A DNA stretch of 64,000 bases. Origin: Thermoanaerobaculia bacterium (lineage in GTDB: Bacteria; Acidobacteriota; Thermoanaerobaculia; UBA5066). Made by a program: the position numbers and the translations under genes. The DNA lies in assembly GCA_963719225.1 (NCBI GenBank), contig CAVRAY010000001.1:3264001-3328000 (forward strand), in the 5' to 3' direction. Below the pieces are notes generated by a model. That model did not search any database and was not told the DNA's origin. It was given only the letters and a program-made list of their open reading frames with translations. Position 1 is the stretch's first letter; each line of letters begins with the position of its first letter. Shown piece after piece: positions 45,751-55,364 of this stretch.

Positions 45751-47094
45751 TCAGGCGGGTTTCCCGAGGATCGCGACCACCTTGCCGAGCATGGACTTGA
45801 GATCGAGAGGCTTCGCGAGGAAGTCGACCGCTCCCGTCTGGCCCGCGAAGAGCACGCGGTTCTTCTCCGGGAAGCCCGACATGAAGAGGACGGGGATCTG
45901 CGCCCTCTCCGGCCGCGATTTCAGGACCCGCACGGTGTCGAACCCGTCGACCCCGGGCATCAGCACGTCGATGATGATGAGATCGACCTTCAGCGTCTCG
46001 AGAAGAGTCAACGCGTCCTCTCCGGACGTCGAGGGCACGGCTTCGAATCCGCCTCGCGTGAGGTACGTGCAGACGAGGTCCCTCACCTGCTCTTCGTCGT
46101 CCACGACGAGCACGACCGGCCGGCGACCGGGCGTTCCCGCGGGCAGGATGGCGTTCCGAGCGTGGACGGCCGTCTTCACGCGGGCCGCGGCGGGCGCTGC
46201 CGGCTTGACGGCGCGTTCCCGCGGCGCCAGGAGCCGTTCGAGCGCCTCGAACGACGACGCCAAAGCCGCAGCGGAGGGAAAACGGTCCTCGGGCTTCTTC
46301 TCGAGACACCTCAGGACGGTTGCCGCGAGCTCGCGCGGGACGCCGCGACCCTCGAGCCTGTCGCGGGAGACCGTCGTCCCGAGATGCTTCTGCGCGATCG
46401 ACAGGAAGGTGCGCCCCGTGAACATCCGGCGGCCGCTCAGGATCTCGAACGCGATGGCGCCGATGGAATAGATGTCGCTCCGTTCGTCCACCACGCGGCC
46501 GCGCACCTGCTCGGGAGACATGTAGTGCGGCGTTCCGAGCGCCGCCCCCGCCCGCGTGATTCGGGGATCGGTCCGGTTCGTGTCGTGCGCGAGCCCGAAG
46601 TCGAGAACCGAGACTTCGCCCGAATGGCGCACCATCACGTTCGCCGGTTTCAGGTCACGGTGCACGATGCCCGCGGCGTGCGCGGCCGCGACGGCTCGCG
46701 TGAGCGGCGTGAGGATCCGAAGCGCCTTGCGCGCGGGAAGCGGGCCGTCGAAATCGATGATCGTTCCGAGGTCGCGCCCCTCGACGAACTCCATCGTCAG
46801 GTACGGCCGTTCCTCCGCCACGCCGTAGTCGTAGAGGCGACAGACGTTGGGATGACTGATCTTCCGGTTCAGGCTGACTTCGCCCTTGAACCGCGTGAGG
46901 ACCGTCTCCCGCTCCTCGCCGGCGGATCGCCGCATGACCTTGATCGCGATGATCTCGTTCAGCTCCCGGTCGAGCGCTTTGAAGACGTATCCCATGCCGC
47001 CCTGCCCGAGGGGCCCCAGGTGCTCGTATCGCGGCAGCGATGCAAAAAAGCTCTCGCAGAGAGCGGCTGGAGCAGGGCCGGTGCGTTCTCCCAC
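45751..47094 (-). CDS. Hanks-type Ser/Thr kinase with C-terminal receiver domain
   Basis: GQGGMG, IAIK, HRDLKPAN, DFG and YMSPE; REC motifs VVDDE, DVLMP and KP. Start GTG 47094 is inferred from an upstream CATAAT. Confidence 0.85.
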   Translation of the reverse strand: MGERTGPAPAALCESFFASLPRYEHLGPLGQGGMGYVFKALDRELNEIIAIKVMRRSAGEERETVLTRFKGEVSLNRKISHPNVCRLYDYGVAEERPYLTMEFVEGRDLGTIIDFDGPLPARKALRILTPLTRAVAAAHAAGIVHRDLKPANVMVRHSGEVSVLDFGLAHDTNRTDPRITRAGAALGTPHYMSPEQVRGRVVDERSDIYSIGAIAFEILSGRRMFTGRTFLSIAQKHLGTTVSRDRLEGRGVPRELAATVLRCLEKKPEDRFPSAAALASSFEALERLLAPRERAVKPAAPAAARVKTAVHARNAILPAGTPGRRPVVLVVDDEEQVRDLVCTYLTRGGFEAVPSTSGEDALTLLETLKVDLIIIDVLMPGVDGFDTVRVLKSRPERAQIPVLFMSGFPEKNRVLFAGQTGAVDFLAKPLDLKSMLGKVVAILGKPA

Positions 47095-47111
47095 GAGCCG
47101 ATTATGGCGGC

Positions 47112-47543
47112 TCAGCCGGCGGGGGTTGGCGGCGTCAGCGTGCCTTGCGCCGTCACGACGACGTCCAGTCCGAGCAGCTCGGCGCAATAACGCGCCAGAT
47201 CCTCGTTGCTGAAATCGTCCCACCCGCCGCAGGTCTCGTGCTCTTTTTGCTGAACGTCGCAGGCGAGAGGCAGCTGGTTCACGGTCTGGCGCGCGAGCTC
47301 CCACTGGTTCCCGAGCGCCTCGAGCTGCCAGCGGTTCGCGCCCGGCCTCCGCTTCACGATGCCCGCGAGGTGATCCCGGAGCTCCTTGTCGTCGAGCTTG
47401 CGGAAGCCCTGGCAGAAGATCCCGCGGTCGCCCGCGACCCGGCACATCGAGTGGTCTTCGTCCGTCAGCGTGAGCAGGAACTCGCGAAGCGACCGGATCG
47501 CCCACGCTCGGGCCACGACGCGCGGGGAGGAAGGAGCGCCCAT
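47112..47543 (-). CDS. Cys-rich hypothetical protein
   Basis: 143 aa with HSMC..GIFC..ACD..HETCGGW; clean codon usage. Confidence 0.6.
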   Translation of the reverse strand: MGAPSSPRVVARAWAIRSLREFLLTLTDEDHSMCRVAGDRGIFCQGFRKLDDKELRDHLAGIVKRRPGANRWQLEALGNQWELARQTVNQLPLACDVQQKEHETCGGWDDFSNEDLARYCAELLGLDVVVTAQGTLTPPTPAG

Positions 47544-47615
47544 GGCACGATTATCCTCCCGCCCGATTCGGGCGCCCTCATAGTGCAGAAGCATCAGGCC
47601 GAAAGGAGCAACGAC

Positions 47616-48053
47616 ATGGTCAAGGGAAACCTCCTCGAGCGCTTCTCGCGGGCCGCGACCGAGGCCGCCGGAAGTTCGCCGGCCTTCGGTCTCGCCGTTC
47701 TCGTGATCGTGATATGGGGCGTGACCGGTCCGCTCTTCCACTTTTCGGATACGTGGCAGCTCGTCATCAACACGGGGACCACCATCGTCACGTTCCTCAT
47801 GGTCTTCCTCATCCAGCGCAGCCAGAACAAGGACTCGCGCGCCGTGCATCTGAAGCTGAACGAGGTCGTCGCGGCTCTCAAGGGGGCGAGCAACCGGCTC
47901 ATCGACGCCGAAGGACTTACCGAAGCCGAGCTCGCGATCCTGCACAAGCACTATCGCCAGCTCGCGGAGCTCACGAAGAAGGAAGAATCCCTCACGAAGT
48001 CCCATTCCGTCGAGGAGGCCGAGCGCCGTCACGCCTCGAAGTGGAGGAAATGA
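47616..48053 (+). CDS. Low-affinity iron permease (Fet4-like) family membrane protein
   Basis: FSDTWQLVINTGTTIVTFLMVFLIQ..QNKD..KLNE; AAGGAG SD. Confidence 0.88.
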   Translation: MVKGNLLERFSRAATEAAGSSPAFGLAVLVIVIWGVTGPLFHFSDTWQLVINTGTTIVTFLMVFLIQRSQNKDSRAVHLKLNEVVAALKGASNRLIDAEGLTEAELAILHKHYRQLAELTKKEESLTKSHSVEEAERRHASKWRK

Positions 48054-48105
48054 GCTCGTCCCTGCGCCCTTGCGGCCCCGAGCCGAACTTCCTATCGTCG
48101 CGCAC

Positions 48106-50193
48106 ATGAGAATCGGAACCCTGATCGCCCTGTTTGCGTTCGCCGTCCTGTCAGCCGTCTCCGGGACCTCGTGCGCTCCCGCTCCGCCCGCCCCCGGCGC
48201 CTCGGCGGCGGTTCCCTCGTCCCACGGCGTCGATCTCGCCGGAATCGACCGATCCGTCGCACCCGGAGACGACTTCTTCCGCTACGCGAACGGAACGTGG
48301 CTGAAGTCCACCGAGATCCCCGCCGACCGAAGCGTCTGGGGCGTCGGCAGCGCCCTCGAAGAGCTGACGGCCCGGCGGACGGCCGACCTCATCACCGAGG
48401 CCTCGAAGACGGAAGCGCCCGCCGGCTCGGACGCGCGGAAGGTCGGCGACACTTACGCGACCTTCATGGACGAGTCGGCCATCGAGGCAAAGGGCCTCGC
48501 GCCGCTCCAGCCCGCGCTCGATCACCTCGCGGCGATCCCGGATGCTGCGGCGCTCGCGCGCGCCCTCGGAGGCACGCTGCGCGCCGACGTCGACGTCCTG
48601 AACAATACGAACTTCCACACCGCGAATCTGTTCGGCCTCTGGGTGGCCCAGGATCTCGACGACCCTGGCCGCTACTCGCCCTTCCTCCTGCAGGGCGGCC
48701 TGGGAATGCCGGACCGCGACTACTACGTCGACCCGTCGCCGCGCATGGCGGAGATCCGGAAGCGCTACCAGGCGCACATCGCCGCCGTCCTGAAGGTCGC
48801 CGGCATCGCCGACGCCGAGGCGAAGGCCGCTAGGATCTTCGAGCTGGAGCATCGCATCGCCGAGGCGCACGTGAGCCGGGCGGACTCGGAGGACGTACGG
48901 AAGGGCAACAACCACTGGACGCGGCGGGATTTCATCGACCGCGCGCCGGGACTCGACTGGGAGGCCTTCTTCTCAGCCGCGGGGCTCCCGACCCAGAACG
49001 AGTTCGTCGTCTGGCAGCCGGGCGCCGTCACGGGCATCGCCGCTCTCGTTCGCGATCAGCCGCTCGCGATCTGGAAGGACTACCTGGTCTTTCGCGCCGT
49101 CGAGCGTGCCGCCACTTACCTGCCGAGCGCCTTCGTCGACGAGCAGTTCGCGTTCTACGGCAAAGTGCTCTCCGGCACGCCGAAGCTGCGCGACCGGTGG
49201 AAGCGCGGCGTGAACGTCACGGACGCCGCGCTCGGCGAGGTCGTGGGAAAGCTCTACGTGGCGCGCTATTTCCCGGCCGCCGAGAAGGCGCGGGCCGAAG
49301 AGATGGTTCGCAACGAGGTGGCGGCGTTCGGCCGCCGCATCGACCGCCTCGACTGGATGGCCGCCCGGACGAAGCTCGAGGCGAAGGCGAAGCTCGCGGC
49401 CCTGAAGGTGGGAATCGGTTATCCGGACAAGTGGCGCGATTACTCGGCGCTCGAGGTGGTCCGGGGCGACGCGCTCGGCAATGCGCGGCGCGCCTCGCTG
49501 TTCCGGTACCACTGGAACCTGAAGAAGCTCGGCCAGCCGGTCGACCGCGGCGAGTGGGTCATGAACCCGCAGCTCGTCAACGCGGTCAATCTCCCGGCGA
49601 TGAACGCGCTCAATTTCCCGGCGGCGATCCTGCAGCCGCCGAACTTCGACCCCGCGCGGCCGCCCGTCATGGATTACGGCGCCATCGGCTCGGTCATCGG
49701 CCACGAGATCAGCCACAGCTTCGACGACCAGGGGGCCCTGTTCGACGCGAAGGGGCGGCTGGAGAACTGGTGGACGAAGGAGGACTTCGCTCATTTCCGC
49801 GCGTCGGCCGGGGCTCTCGTCAGGCAGTACGACGCCTATCACCCGTTTCCGGACCTCGCCGTGAACGGGAAGCTCACGGTGAGCGAGAACATCGCCGACG
49901 TCGCCGGGCTCGCCGCGGCCTACGACGCCTACCGGCTCTCCCTCTCGGGCAAGGAGGCGCCGACCGTCCATGGGCTCGAGGGCGACCAGCAGTTCTTCCT
50001 GAGCTTCGCCCAGAGCTGGCGGACGAAGTTCCGCGAGCCGGCGCTTCGCCAACGCATCGTGATCGACAGCCACGCGCCGGCCGAGTACCGCGCCGACACC
50101 GTCCGGAATCTGGATGCCTGGTACGACGCCTTCGACGTGAAACCCGGCCAGAAGCTCTATCTCGCCACGAAGGACCGTGTCCGCGTCTGGTGA
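48106..50193 (+). CDS. M13 metallopeptidase (neprilysin/PepO-like), probable lipoprotein
   Basis: PGDDFF.YANG.W, VNA, GHEISHSFD and ENIAD. Confidence 0.93.
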   Translation: MRIGTLIALFAFAVLSAVSGTSCAPAPPAPGASAAVPSSHGVDLAGIDRSVAPGDDFFRYANGTWLKSTEIPADRSVWGVGSALEELTARRTADLITEASKTEAPAGSDARKVGDTYATFMDESAIEAKGLAPLQPALDHLAAIPDAAALARALGGTLRADVDVLNNTNFHTANLFGLWVAQDLDDPGRYSPFLLQGGLGMPDRDYYVDPSPRMAEIRKRYQAHIAAVLKVAGIADAEAKAARIFELEHRIAEAHVSRADSEDVRKGNNHWTRRDFIDRAPGLDWEAFFSAAGLPTQNEFVVWQPGAVTGIAALVRDQPLAIWKDYLVFRAVERAATYLPSAFVDEQFAFYGKVLSGTPKLRDRWKRGVNVTDAALGEVVGKLYVARYFPAAEKARAEEMVRNEVAAFGRRIDRLDWMAARTKLEAKAKLAALKVGIGYPDKWRDYSALEVVRGDALGNARRASLFRYHWNLKKLGQPVDRGEWVMNPQLVNAVNLPAMNALNFPAAILQPPNFDPARPPVMDYGAIGSVIGHEISHSFDDQGALFDAKGRLENWWTKEDFAHFRASAGALVRQYDAYHPFPDLAVNGKLTVSENIADVAGLAAAYDAYRLSLSGKEAPTVHGLEGDQQFFLSFAQSWRTKFREPALRQRIVIDSHAPAEYRADTVRNLDAWYDAFDVKPGQKLYLATKDRVRVW

Positions 50194-50209
50194 AAAGCGG
50201 CTGATCCGG

Positions 50210-50719
50210 TCAGGGAGCGCCACGCGCGCGCTCCGCCTCGACGAGGCGCGCGCGTGTATACGGCACGAGGCCGCCCGCGTCCAGGATCGCCTGGCGCGCC
50301 TTCGGCAGCGGGTCGATCTTGAACGCCCGGCTCGACGTGAGGTCGAGGATGAGGCCGTCCTCGAAGACGACCTCGTCTCCTTCGAGCGCCTCGAACGAGG
50401 GGGCCGGGACGACGCTGAGCCCGAGGTTGATCGCGTTCTGCAGGAAGATGCGCGCGAAGCTCCGCGCGACGATCGTCAGTTCGAGCCCCTTGAGGCACGA
50501 CGCCGCCTGCTCGCGCGAGGAGCCGCAGCCGAAGTTCTGCCCGGCCGCGACGACCGAACCGGGCGGAATCGCCCCGGCGCTCACTGCGGCCCGGAAAGCC
50601 TGGTGGTCGGCGAACGCGTGCGCGGGGGTCTCGCTCGGAAGGACCGTGGCCATGTACCGCCCGGGATAGACGACGTCCGTCGAGACGTCGTCGCCGAGCT
50701 TCAGGATGACGCGTGGCAT
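50210..50719 (-). CDS. LeuD/HacB-like hydro-lyase small subunit
   Basis: STDVVYPGRY, NFGCGSSRE and SFARIF..NAIN. Confidence 0.88.
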   Translation of the reverse strand: MPRVILKLGDDVSTDVVYPGRYMATVLPSETPAHAFADHQAFRAAVSAGAIPPGSVVAAGQNFGCGSSREQAASCLKGLELTIVARSFARIFLQNAINLGLSVVPAPSFEALEGDEVVFEDGLILDLTSSRAFKIDPLPKARQAILDAGGLVPYTRARLVEAERARGAP

Positions 50720-50720
50720 C

Positions 50721-52010
50721 TCATGGCTCCTTTCGCGGATCGGTGATGACGCCGGTCAGGGCCGACGCCGCCGCGACCGCCGGCGAGGCGAGGTAGACCT
50801 CGGCGGCCGGGTTCCCCATCCGTCCCTTGAAGTTCCGGTTCGTCGTCGAGATCGCCGTTTCCCCGTCTCCGAGCGCCCCTTCGTGGATGCCGAGGCACGG
50901 TCCGCAGCCCGGGTTCATCACGACGGCACCGGCGGCCATGAAGTCGCCGAGGTAGCCGAGCTGGAGGGCCTGCTGGTAGATGCGGGCCGAAGCCGGAAAG
51001 ACGAGCATCCGCGTCCCGGGCGCCACCCGGCCCCCGCGCACGATGCGCGCCGCTTGCGCGAGGTCGTCCAGCCGCCCGTTCGTGCACGACCCGATCACGA
51101 CCTGCTGCACGGGGGTCCCCGCGACGGCTGTCACGGGCTTGACGTTGTCGACCGCGTGCGGACAGGCGACGAGCGGCTGAAGCTCCGAGACGTCTACCGA
51201 AACGACCCTCTCGACCTCCGCGTCCCGGTCGCTCGCCACGAGGTCGATCGGCTCCAGGACGTGCGCTTCCTCGCGCAGGTACCGGATCGTCTCCGCGTCT
51301 CCCGGCACGATGCCGGAAGTCGCCCCGGCCTCGACCGACATGTTGCACAGGACGAGGCGGCCCGAGGTCGCGAGCCGGTCGATCGTCCCGCCCGAGAACT
51401 CGAGCACGCGGAAGTTCGCTCCCTGCGCCGTGAGAAGGCCGACGAGATGGAGGATCAGGTCCTTCGGCCCGACGAGATCGGGAAAGATCCCTTCGATCTC
51501 GACCCGGATCGTGGGGGGAACTTCGACGTTCACGGCGGCTCCGAGCGCCCACACGCTGGCCATCTCCGTGGCGCCGATCCCGAACGCGAACGCGCCGAGC
51601 GCGCCGTGGCTCGTCGTGTGGGAATCCGTGCCGACGACGACCATCCCGGGCCTCACGTAGCCGCGCTCGGGAAGGATCTGGTGGCAGATGCCGCCCGTGT
51701 CGCCGCGGATGTCGTGGAACTTCGCGATGCCGTGCTCGGCGACGAACGCGCGCACGCGTTTCTGGTTCGTGGCGGTCTTCGCGGATTCCGCCGGAATCCG
51801 GTGGTCGAAGATGATCGCGATTTTCGAGGGGTCCCACGGCCGCGGCGCAAGGCCCGTCCCCTCGTGGATCTCGTGGAACTGGTTGATCACGAGCGCCGCG
51901 TTCTCGTGCGACATCGCCAGGTCGACCCGAGGCTCGACCACGTCGCCCACGCGGACCGAGGCGCGATCGGAGGCGCGCGCGAGGACCTTCTCGACGACCG
52001 TCTGACCCAT
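50721..52010 (-). CDS. LeuC/HacA-like [4Fe-4S] hydro-lyase large subunit
   Basis: FDHR, GICHQ, DSHT, IGSCTNG, CGPC and TNRNFKGR. Confidence 0.9.
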   Translation of the reverse strand: MGQTVVEKVLARASDRASVRVGDVVEPRVDLAMSHENAALVINQFHEIHEGTGLAPRPWDPSKIAIIFDHRIPAESAKTATNQKRVRAFVAEHGIAKFHDIRGDTGGICHQILPERGYVRPGMVVVGTDSHTTSHGALGAFAFGIGATEMASVWALGAAVNVEVPPTIRVEIEGIFPDLVGPKDLILHLVGLLTAQGANFRVLEFSGGTIDRLATSGRLVLCNMSVEAGATSGIVPGDAETIRYLREEAHVLEPIDLVASDRDAEVERVVSVDVSELQPLVACPHAVDNVKPVTAVAGTPVQQVVIGSCTNGRLDDLAQAARIVRGGRVAPGTRMLVFPASARIYQQALQLGYLGDFMAAGAVVMNPGCGPCLGIHEGALGDGETAISTTNRNFKGRMGNPAAEVYLASPAVAAASALTGVITDPRKEP

Positions 52011-52023
52011 GTGTCTTCCCTCC

Positions 52024-53223
52024 TTAGACGACGCCGGTGCTTCTCATGCCGGCGATCTCCGCACCCGTGTACCCCACTTGCCTCAGGATCTCCTCCGTGT
52101 GCGCGCCCAGCCGGGGAGGCGGGGTGTCGATGGAGGCTGGAGTCTTCTCGAACAGGGCGGCCAGGCTGAACAGCGAGACCTCGCCAACCCCGCAGACCGG
52201 TACGGCGCGGAGCGTCCCCCGGTGGCGAACCTGCGGTTGATTCAGGGCCTGCTCGAGACTCAGGATCGCCCCCGAGGGCACGCCCCGGGCGTTCAGATCC
52301 TCGACCCACTCGTCCGTGGTGCGCGTCTTCAGGCTCGCCTCGAGAAGCGGCGTGAGGAGCCGGCGGTTCTTTTTTCGGGTATCGCGCTCCGCGAAGCGGG
52401 GATCGGTCTTCAGCTCGGGGAGACCCAGCACTTCGGCCACCGCCTCCCACTGCTCTTGCTTGTTCGCGGCGATGTTGACGTATCCGTCCTTCGTGACGAA
52501 GGTTCCGGACGGGGCCGCGGTGAAGTTGTCGTTCCCCATCAGGACGGGCGGCTCTCCGCCGATGAGAAGGTTGGCCGCCACCCAGCCCATCAGCGGCATG
52601 ATGGAGTCGAGAAGGGCGATGTCGATCATCTGCCCTTCGCCGGTCCGCTCGCGGTGGTAGAGGGCGGCCTGGATCGCGAACGCCGCGTTCAGTCCGCCGA
52701 CGGTGTCGCAGAGCGGGAAGCCGCACCGGAGCGGGCTCAGCCGCTCGTCGCCGTTGACGCCCATCACGCCGGAGAGCCCCTGGATGATCTGGTCATAAGC
52801 GGGTTTCTGCGCGTCGGGTCCGGTCTGACCGAAGCCCGAGATGGCGCAGTAGACGAGCCGCGCGTTGATCGCCGAAAGCGACTCGTAGGAGAGGCCGAGG
52901 CGCTCCATGACGCCTGGGCGGAAGTTCTCCACGACGACGTCCGCGTTCGCGGCCAGCCTTTCGAAGGCCTCACGTCCCTCCGCCGCCTTGAGGTTCAGCG
53001 TCACCGACTTCTTGTTGGCGTTCTGGGCGAGGAAGCTCGTTCCCATCAGCTGCTCGTTCAGCCTCGGAAGGTTTCCGAGCTTACGAGCCAGGTCGCCATC
53101 CACCGGGTTCTCGATCTTGATGACCTCGGCGCCGAGGAGCGCGAGGTGAAGCGTCGCGAACGGTCCGGAGAGGACGTTCGTCAGGTCGAGAACGCGGATC
53201 CCTTCCAGAATCTTCCGCGTCAT
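52024..53223 (-). CDS. Class III CoA-transferase (CaiB/BaiF)
   Basis: LEGIRVLDL, GAEVIKIE, ENFRPG, SGFGQTGP and AYD; C-terminal part of track ORF 52024..54225. Confidence 0.92.
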   Translation of the reverse strand: MTRKILEGIRVLDLTNVLSGPFATLHLALLGAEVIKIENPVDGDLARKLGNLPRLNEQLMGTSFLAQNANKKSVTLNLKAAEGREAFERLAANADVVVENFRPGVMERLGLSYESLSAINARLVYCAISGFGQTGPDAQKPAYDQIIQGLSGVMGVNGDERLSPLRCGFPLCDTVGGLNAAFAIQAALYHRERTGEGQMIDIALLDSIMPLMGWVAANLLIGGEPPVLMGNDNFTAAPSGTFVTKDGYVNIAANKQEQWEAVAEVLGLPELKTDPRFAERDTRKKNRRLLTPLLEASLKTRTTDEWVEDLNARGVPSGAILSLEQALNQPQVRHRGTLRAVPVCGVGEVSLFSLAALFEKTPASIDTPPPRLGAHTEEILRQVGYTGAEIAGMRSTGVV

Positions 53224-54146
53224 CACGCCGCCTCCTGAGGTTCGACCGCGGCCGGCAGCTCGATCTGGTGCACGCGACCCGGCATTGCCCGGCCGAAGAA
53301 GCCCGCGACGTCCCGGGCGAGAGAGATCAGGCCGCCGAGCTCCACCTCCGTTCTCAGACCCATCCGTTGCAACGCGTACACGAGATCTTCGGTCGCGACG
53401 TTCCCCGCGGCGACCCTGGCGAACGGGCAGCCTCCGAGGCCGGCGAAGGACGACTCGAAGGAGGTCACACCCGCTCCGAGCGCCGCGAAGACGTTGGCCA
53501 TCCCGAGCCCGTACGTATCGTGGAAGTGGCAGGCGGCCTCGATGTCGGGGTGAAGGGAAAGTAGAGTCGCGTAGATCCGCTTGACCTGCTCCGGATGCGC
53601 GTGCCCCGCCGTGTCGGCCAGGCTGATCCGGAGAAGCCCCGCGTCGACGTAGGCCCGGCAGATGGCGAGAACGCGCTCCTCCGGCACGGCCCCCTCGTAC
53701 CCGCAGCCGAAAGCGGACTGGACCGACACCTGCACCGGCCTTCCCGCGAGGACGGCCTGACGCGCCATCGCGACGACGCGCCGCAACGCCTCGTCGACGC
53801 CCATTCCCGTGTTCTTCCGGCTGTGCGTCTCGCTCGCGGAAACGCCCATGCAGAAGAGCTCGACCCCGCTCGCCAGCCCCCGCTCGAGACCTCTCTCGTT
53901 GAGGACGAAGCCCGACAGCAGGGCCCGTCTCGGAGGGCCGCCCCGGCCGATGAAGAGGCGAAACAGAGCGTCCGTGTCGGCCATCTGGGGGACCTTTTCC
54001 GGATGGACGAAAGAGCCGATCTGAATCACGTCGAGGCCGGAGGCGGCGAGGCGCTCGATCCATTCGATCTTCTTCTCCATCGGAACGACCCGCTTCTCGA
54101 GCTGAAGCCCGTCGCGAAGCCCTACCTCGTGCAGAACGATCCTCAT
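53223..54146 (-). CDS. HMG-CoA lyase family (DRE-TIM) enzyme
   Basis: EVGLRDGLQ, SLADT.G, HFHDTYG, GLGGCPF and GNVATED. Confidence 0.9.
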   Translation of the reverse strand: MRIVLHEVGLRDGLQLEKRVVPMEKKIEWIERLAASGLDVIQIGSFVHPEKVPQMADTDALFRLFIGRGGPPRRALLSGFVLNERGLERGLASGVELFCMGVSASETHSRKNTGMGVDEALRRVVAMARQAVLAGRPVQVSVQSAFGCGYEGAVPEERVLAICRAYVDAGLLRISLADTAGHAHPEQVKRIYATLLSLHPDIEAACHFHDTYGLGMANVFAALGAGVTSFESSFAGLGGCPFARVAAGNVATEDLVYALQRMGLRTEVELGGLISLARDVAGFFGRAMPGRVHQIELPAAVEPQEAA

Positions 54147-55261
54147 AGAGCGCGCGCCACGGCCTCCCCCATCTCCAGGGTGGAACTCGTGCCTCCCATG
54201 TCGTAGGTCCGGACCACTCCCGCACAGACCACGGAGGCGACGGCGGCCTCGACGGCGCGCCCTTTCGCGCCCTCGCCGAGCCAGTCGAGCATCATCTTCG
54301 CGGCGAGGATCGTCGCCAGGGGGTTGACCTTGTTCAGGCCCGCGTGCTTCGGAGCGGAGCCGTGAGACGGCTCGAAGACCGCGAGCTTTTCGCCGATGTT
54401 TCCGGAGGCCGCGAAGCCGAGGCCTCCCACCATCTGGGCGCAGAGGTCCGAGATGATGTCGCCGTAGAGGTTCGGCGCGACGAGGACGTCGTAGCTGGCG
54501 GGGTTTTTCAGAAGCCACATGCAGATGGCGTCGACGTTGGCTTCATCGCGCTCGATGCCGGGATAGTCCGCCGCGACCTTGCGCGCCTCTTCGAGGAAGA
54601 GGCCGTCGGACGCTCGGACGACGTTCGCCTTGTGGACGATCGTCACCTTCTTCCGTCCGTTCGCCTTCGCGAACTCGAAGGCCGCGCGCGCGATTCGGGA
54701 CGACCCCCGGCGCGTGTTGATCTTGCAGGAGACGGCGTAGGCATCCGGAGGCAGGAGCTGGAACGGGGAGAAAGCGGGGGCGAGCTTCGCGAGGACCACC
54801 GAAAGCGCGGGAGGGACCGGCGAGAACTCGACGCCAGAGTAGAGATCCTCGGTGTTCTCCCGGAAGACGACGAGGTCCAGTCCCTCCCGGAAGTTGAGCG
54901 GGTTGCCCCGATAGGCTTTGCACGGCCTCAGGCAGACGTAGAGGTCGAAGAGCTGCCGCATCCGCACGACCGGCGAGCGGTAGGTGAGCCCCCGCCCTCT
55001 CAGCTCCGGAACGAGTTCCGCCTCGGCGGCCGCGGTCGGCATCGACGTGACCGCTCCGAAGAGGGCCGCGTCGACGTGTTTCAGGAGATCGATCGTCCGG
55101 GCCGGGAACGCGTCTCCCTCGTGGCGCCAGAATTCCCAGCCGATGTCGCCCGGCTCGTAAACGGCGTCGAGATGAAGGGCATCGAGGACCAGGCGCGTCG
55201 CGTCCATGACCTCACGGCCGACGCCGTCGCCGGGAAGCCACGCGATCCGGTATCGAGGCAT
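54143..55261 (-). CDS. Isocitrate/isopropylmalate-family beta-decarboxylating dehydrogenase
   Basis: PGDGVG.EV, FRENTED, VHKANV, NLYGDIISDL and FEPSHGSAP. Confidence 0.9.
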   Translation of the reverse strand: MPRYRIAWLPGDGVGREVMDATRLVLDALHLDAVYEPGDIGWEFWRHEGDAFPARTIDLLKHVDAALFGAVTSMPTAAAEAELVPELRGRGLTYRSPVVRMRQLFDLYVCLRPCKAYRGNPLNFREGLDLVVFRENTEDLYSGVEFSPVPPALSVVLAKLAPAFSPFQLLPPDAYAVSCKINTRRGSSRIARAAFEFAKANGRKKVTIVHKANVVRASDGLFLEEARKVAADYPGIERDEANVDAICMWLLKNPASYDVLVAPNLYGDIISDLCAQMVGGLGFAASGNIGEKLAVFEPSHGSAPKHAGLNKVNPLATILAAKMMLDWLGEGAKGRAVEAAVASVVCAGVVRTYDMGGTSSTLEMGEAVARAL

Positions 55262-55320
55262 GCACCCTCCCCCGAGAGCATGGGGCTTTCGCCCGCGCCG
55301 TCCCGTGAGCAAGGTGCATC

Positions 55321-55344
55321 AGGGCGCCCCCCTCGGGGCGCCCT
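55321..55344. terminator. GC-rich hairpin downstream of the TonB receptor (possible terminator or stabiliser)
   Basis: AGGGCGCCCC-CCTC-GGGGCGCCCT is a perfect 10-bp stem; no U-tract follows. Confidence 0.35.
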
Positions 55345-55364
55345 CGCGGCATTTCAGACCGGCG

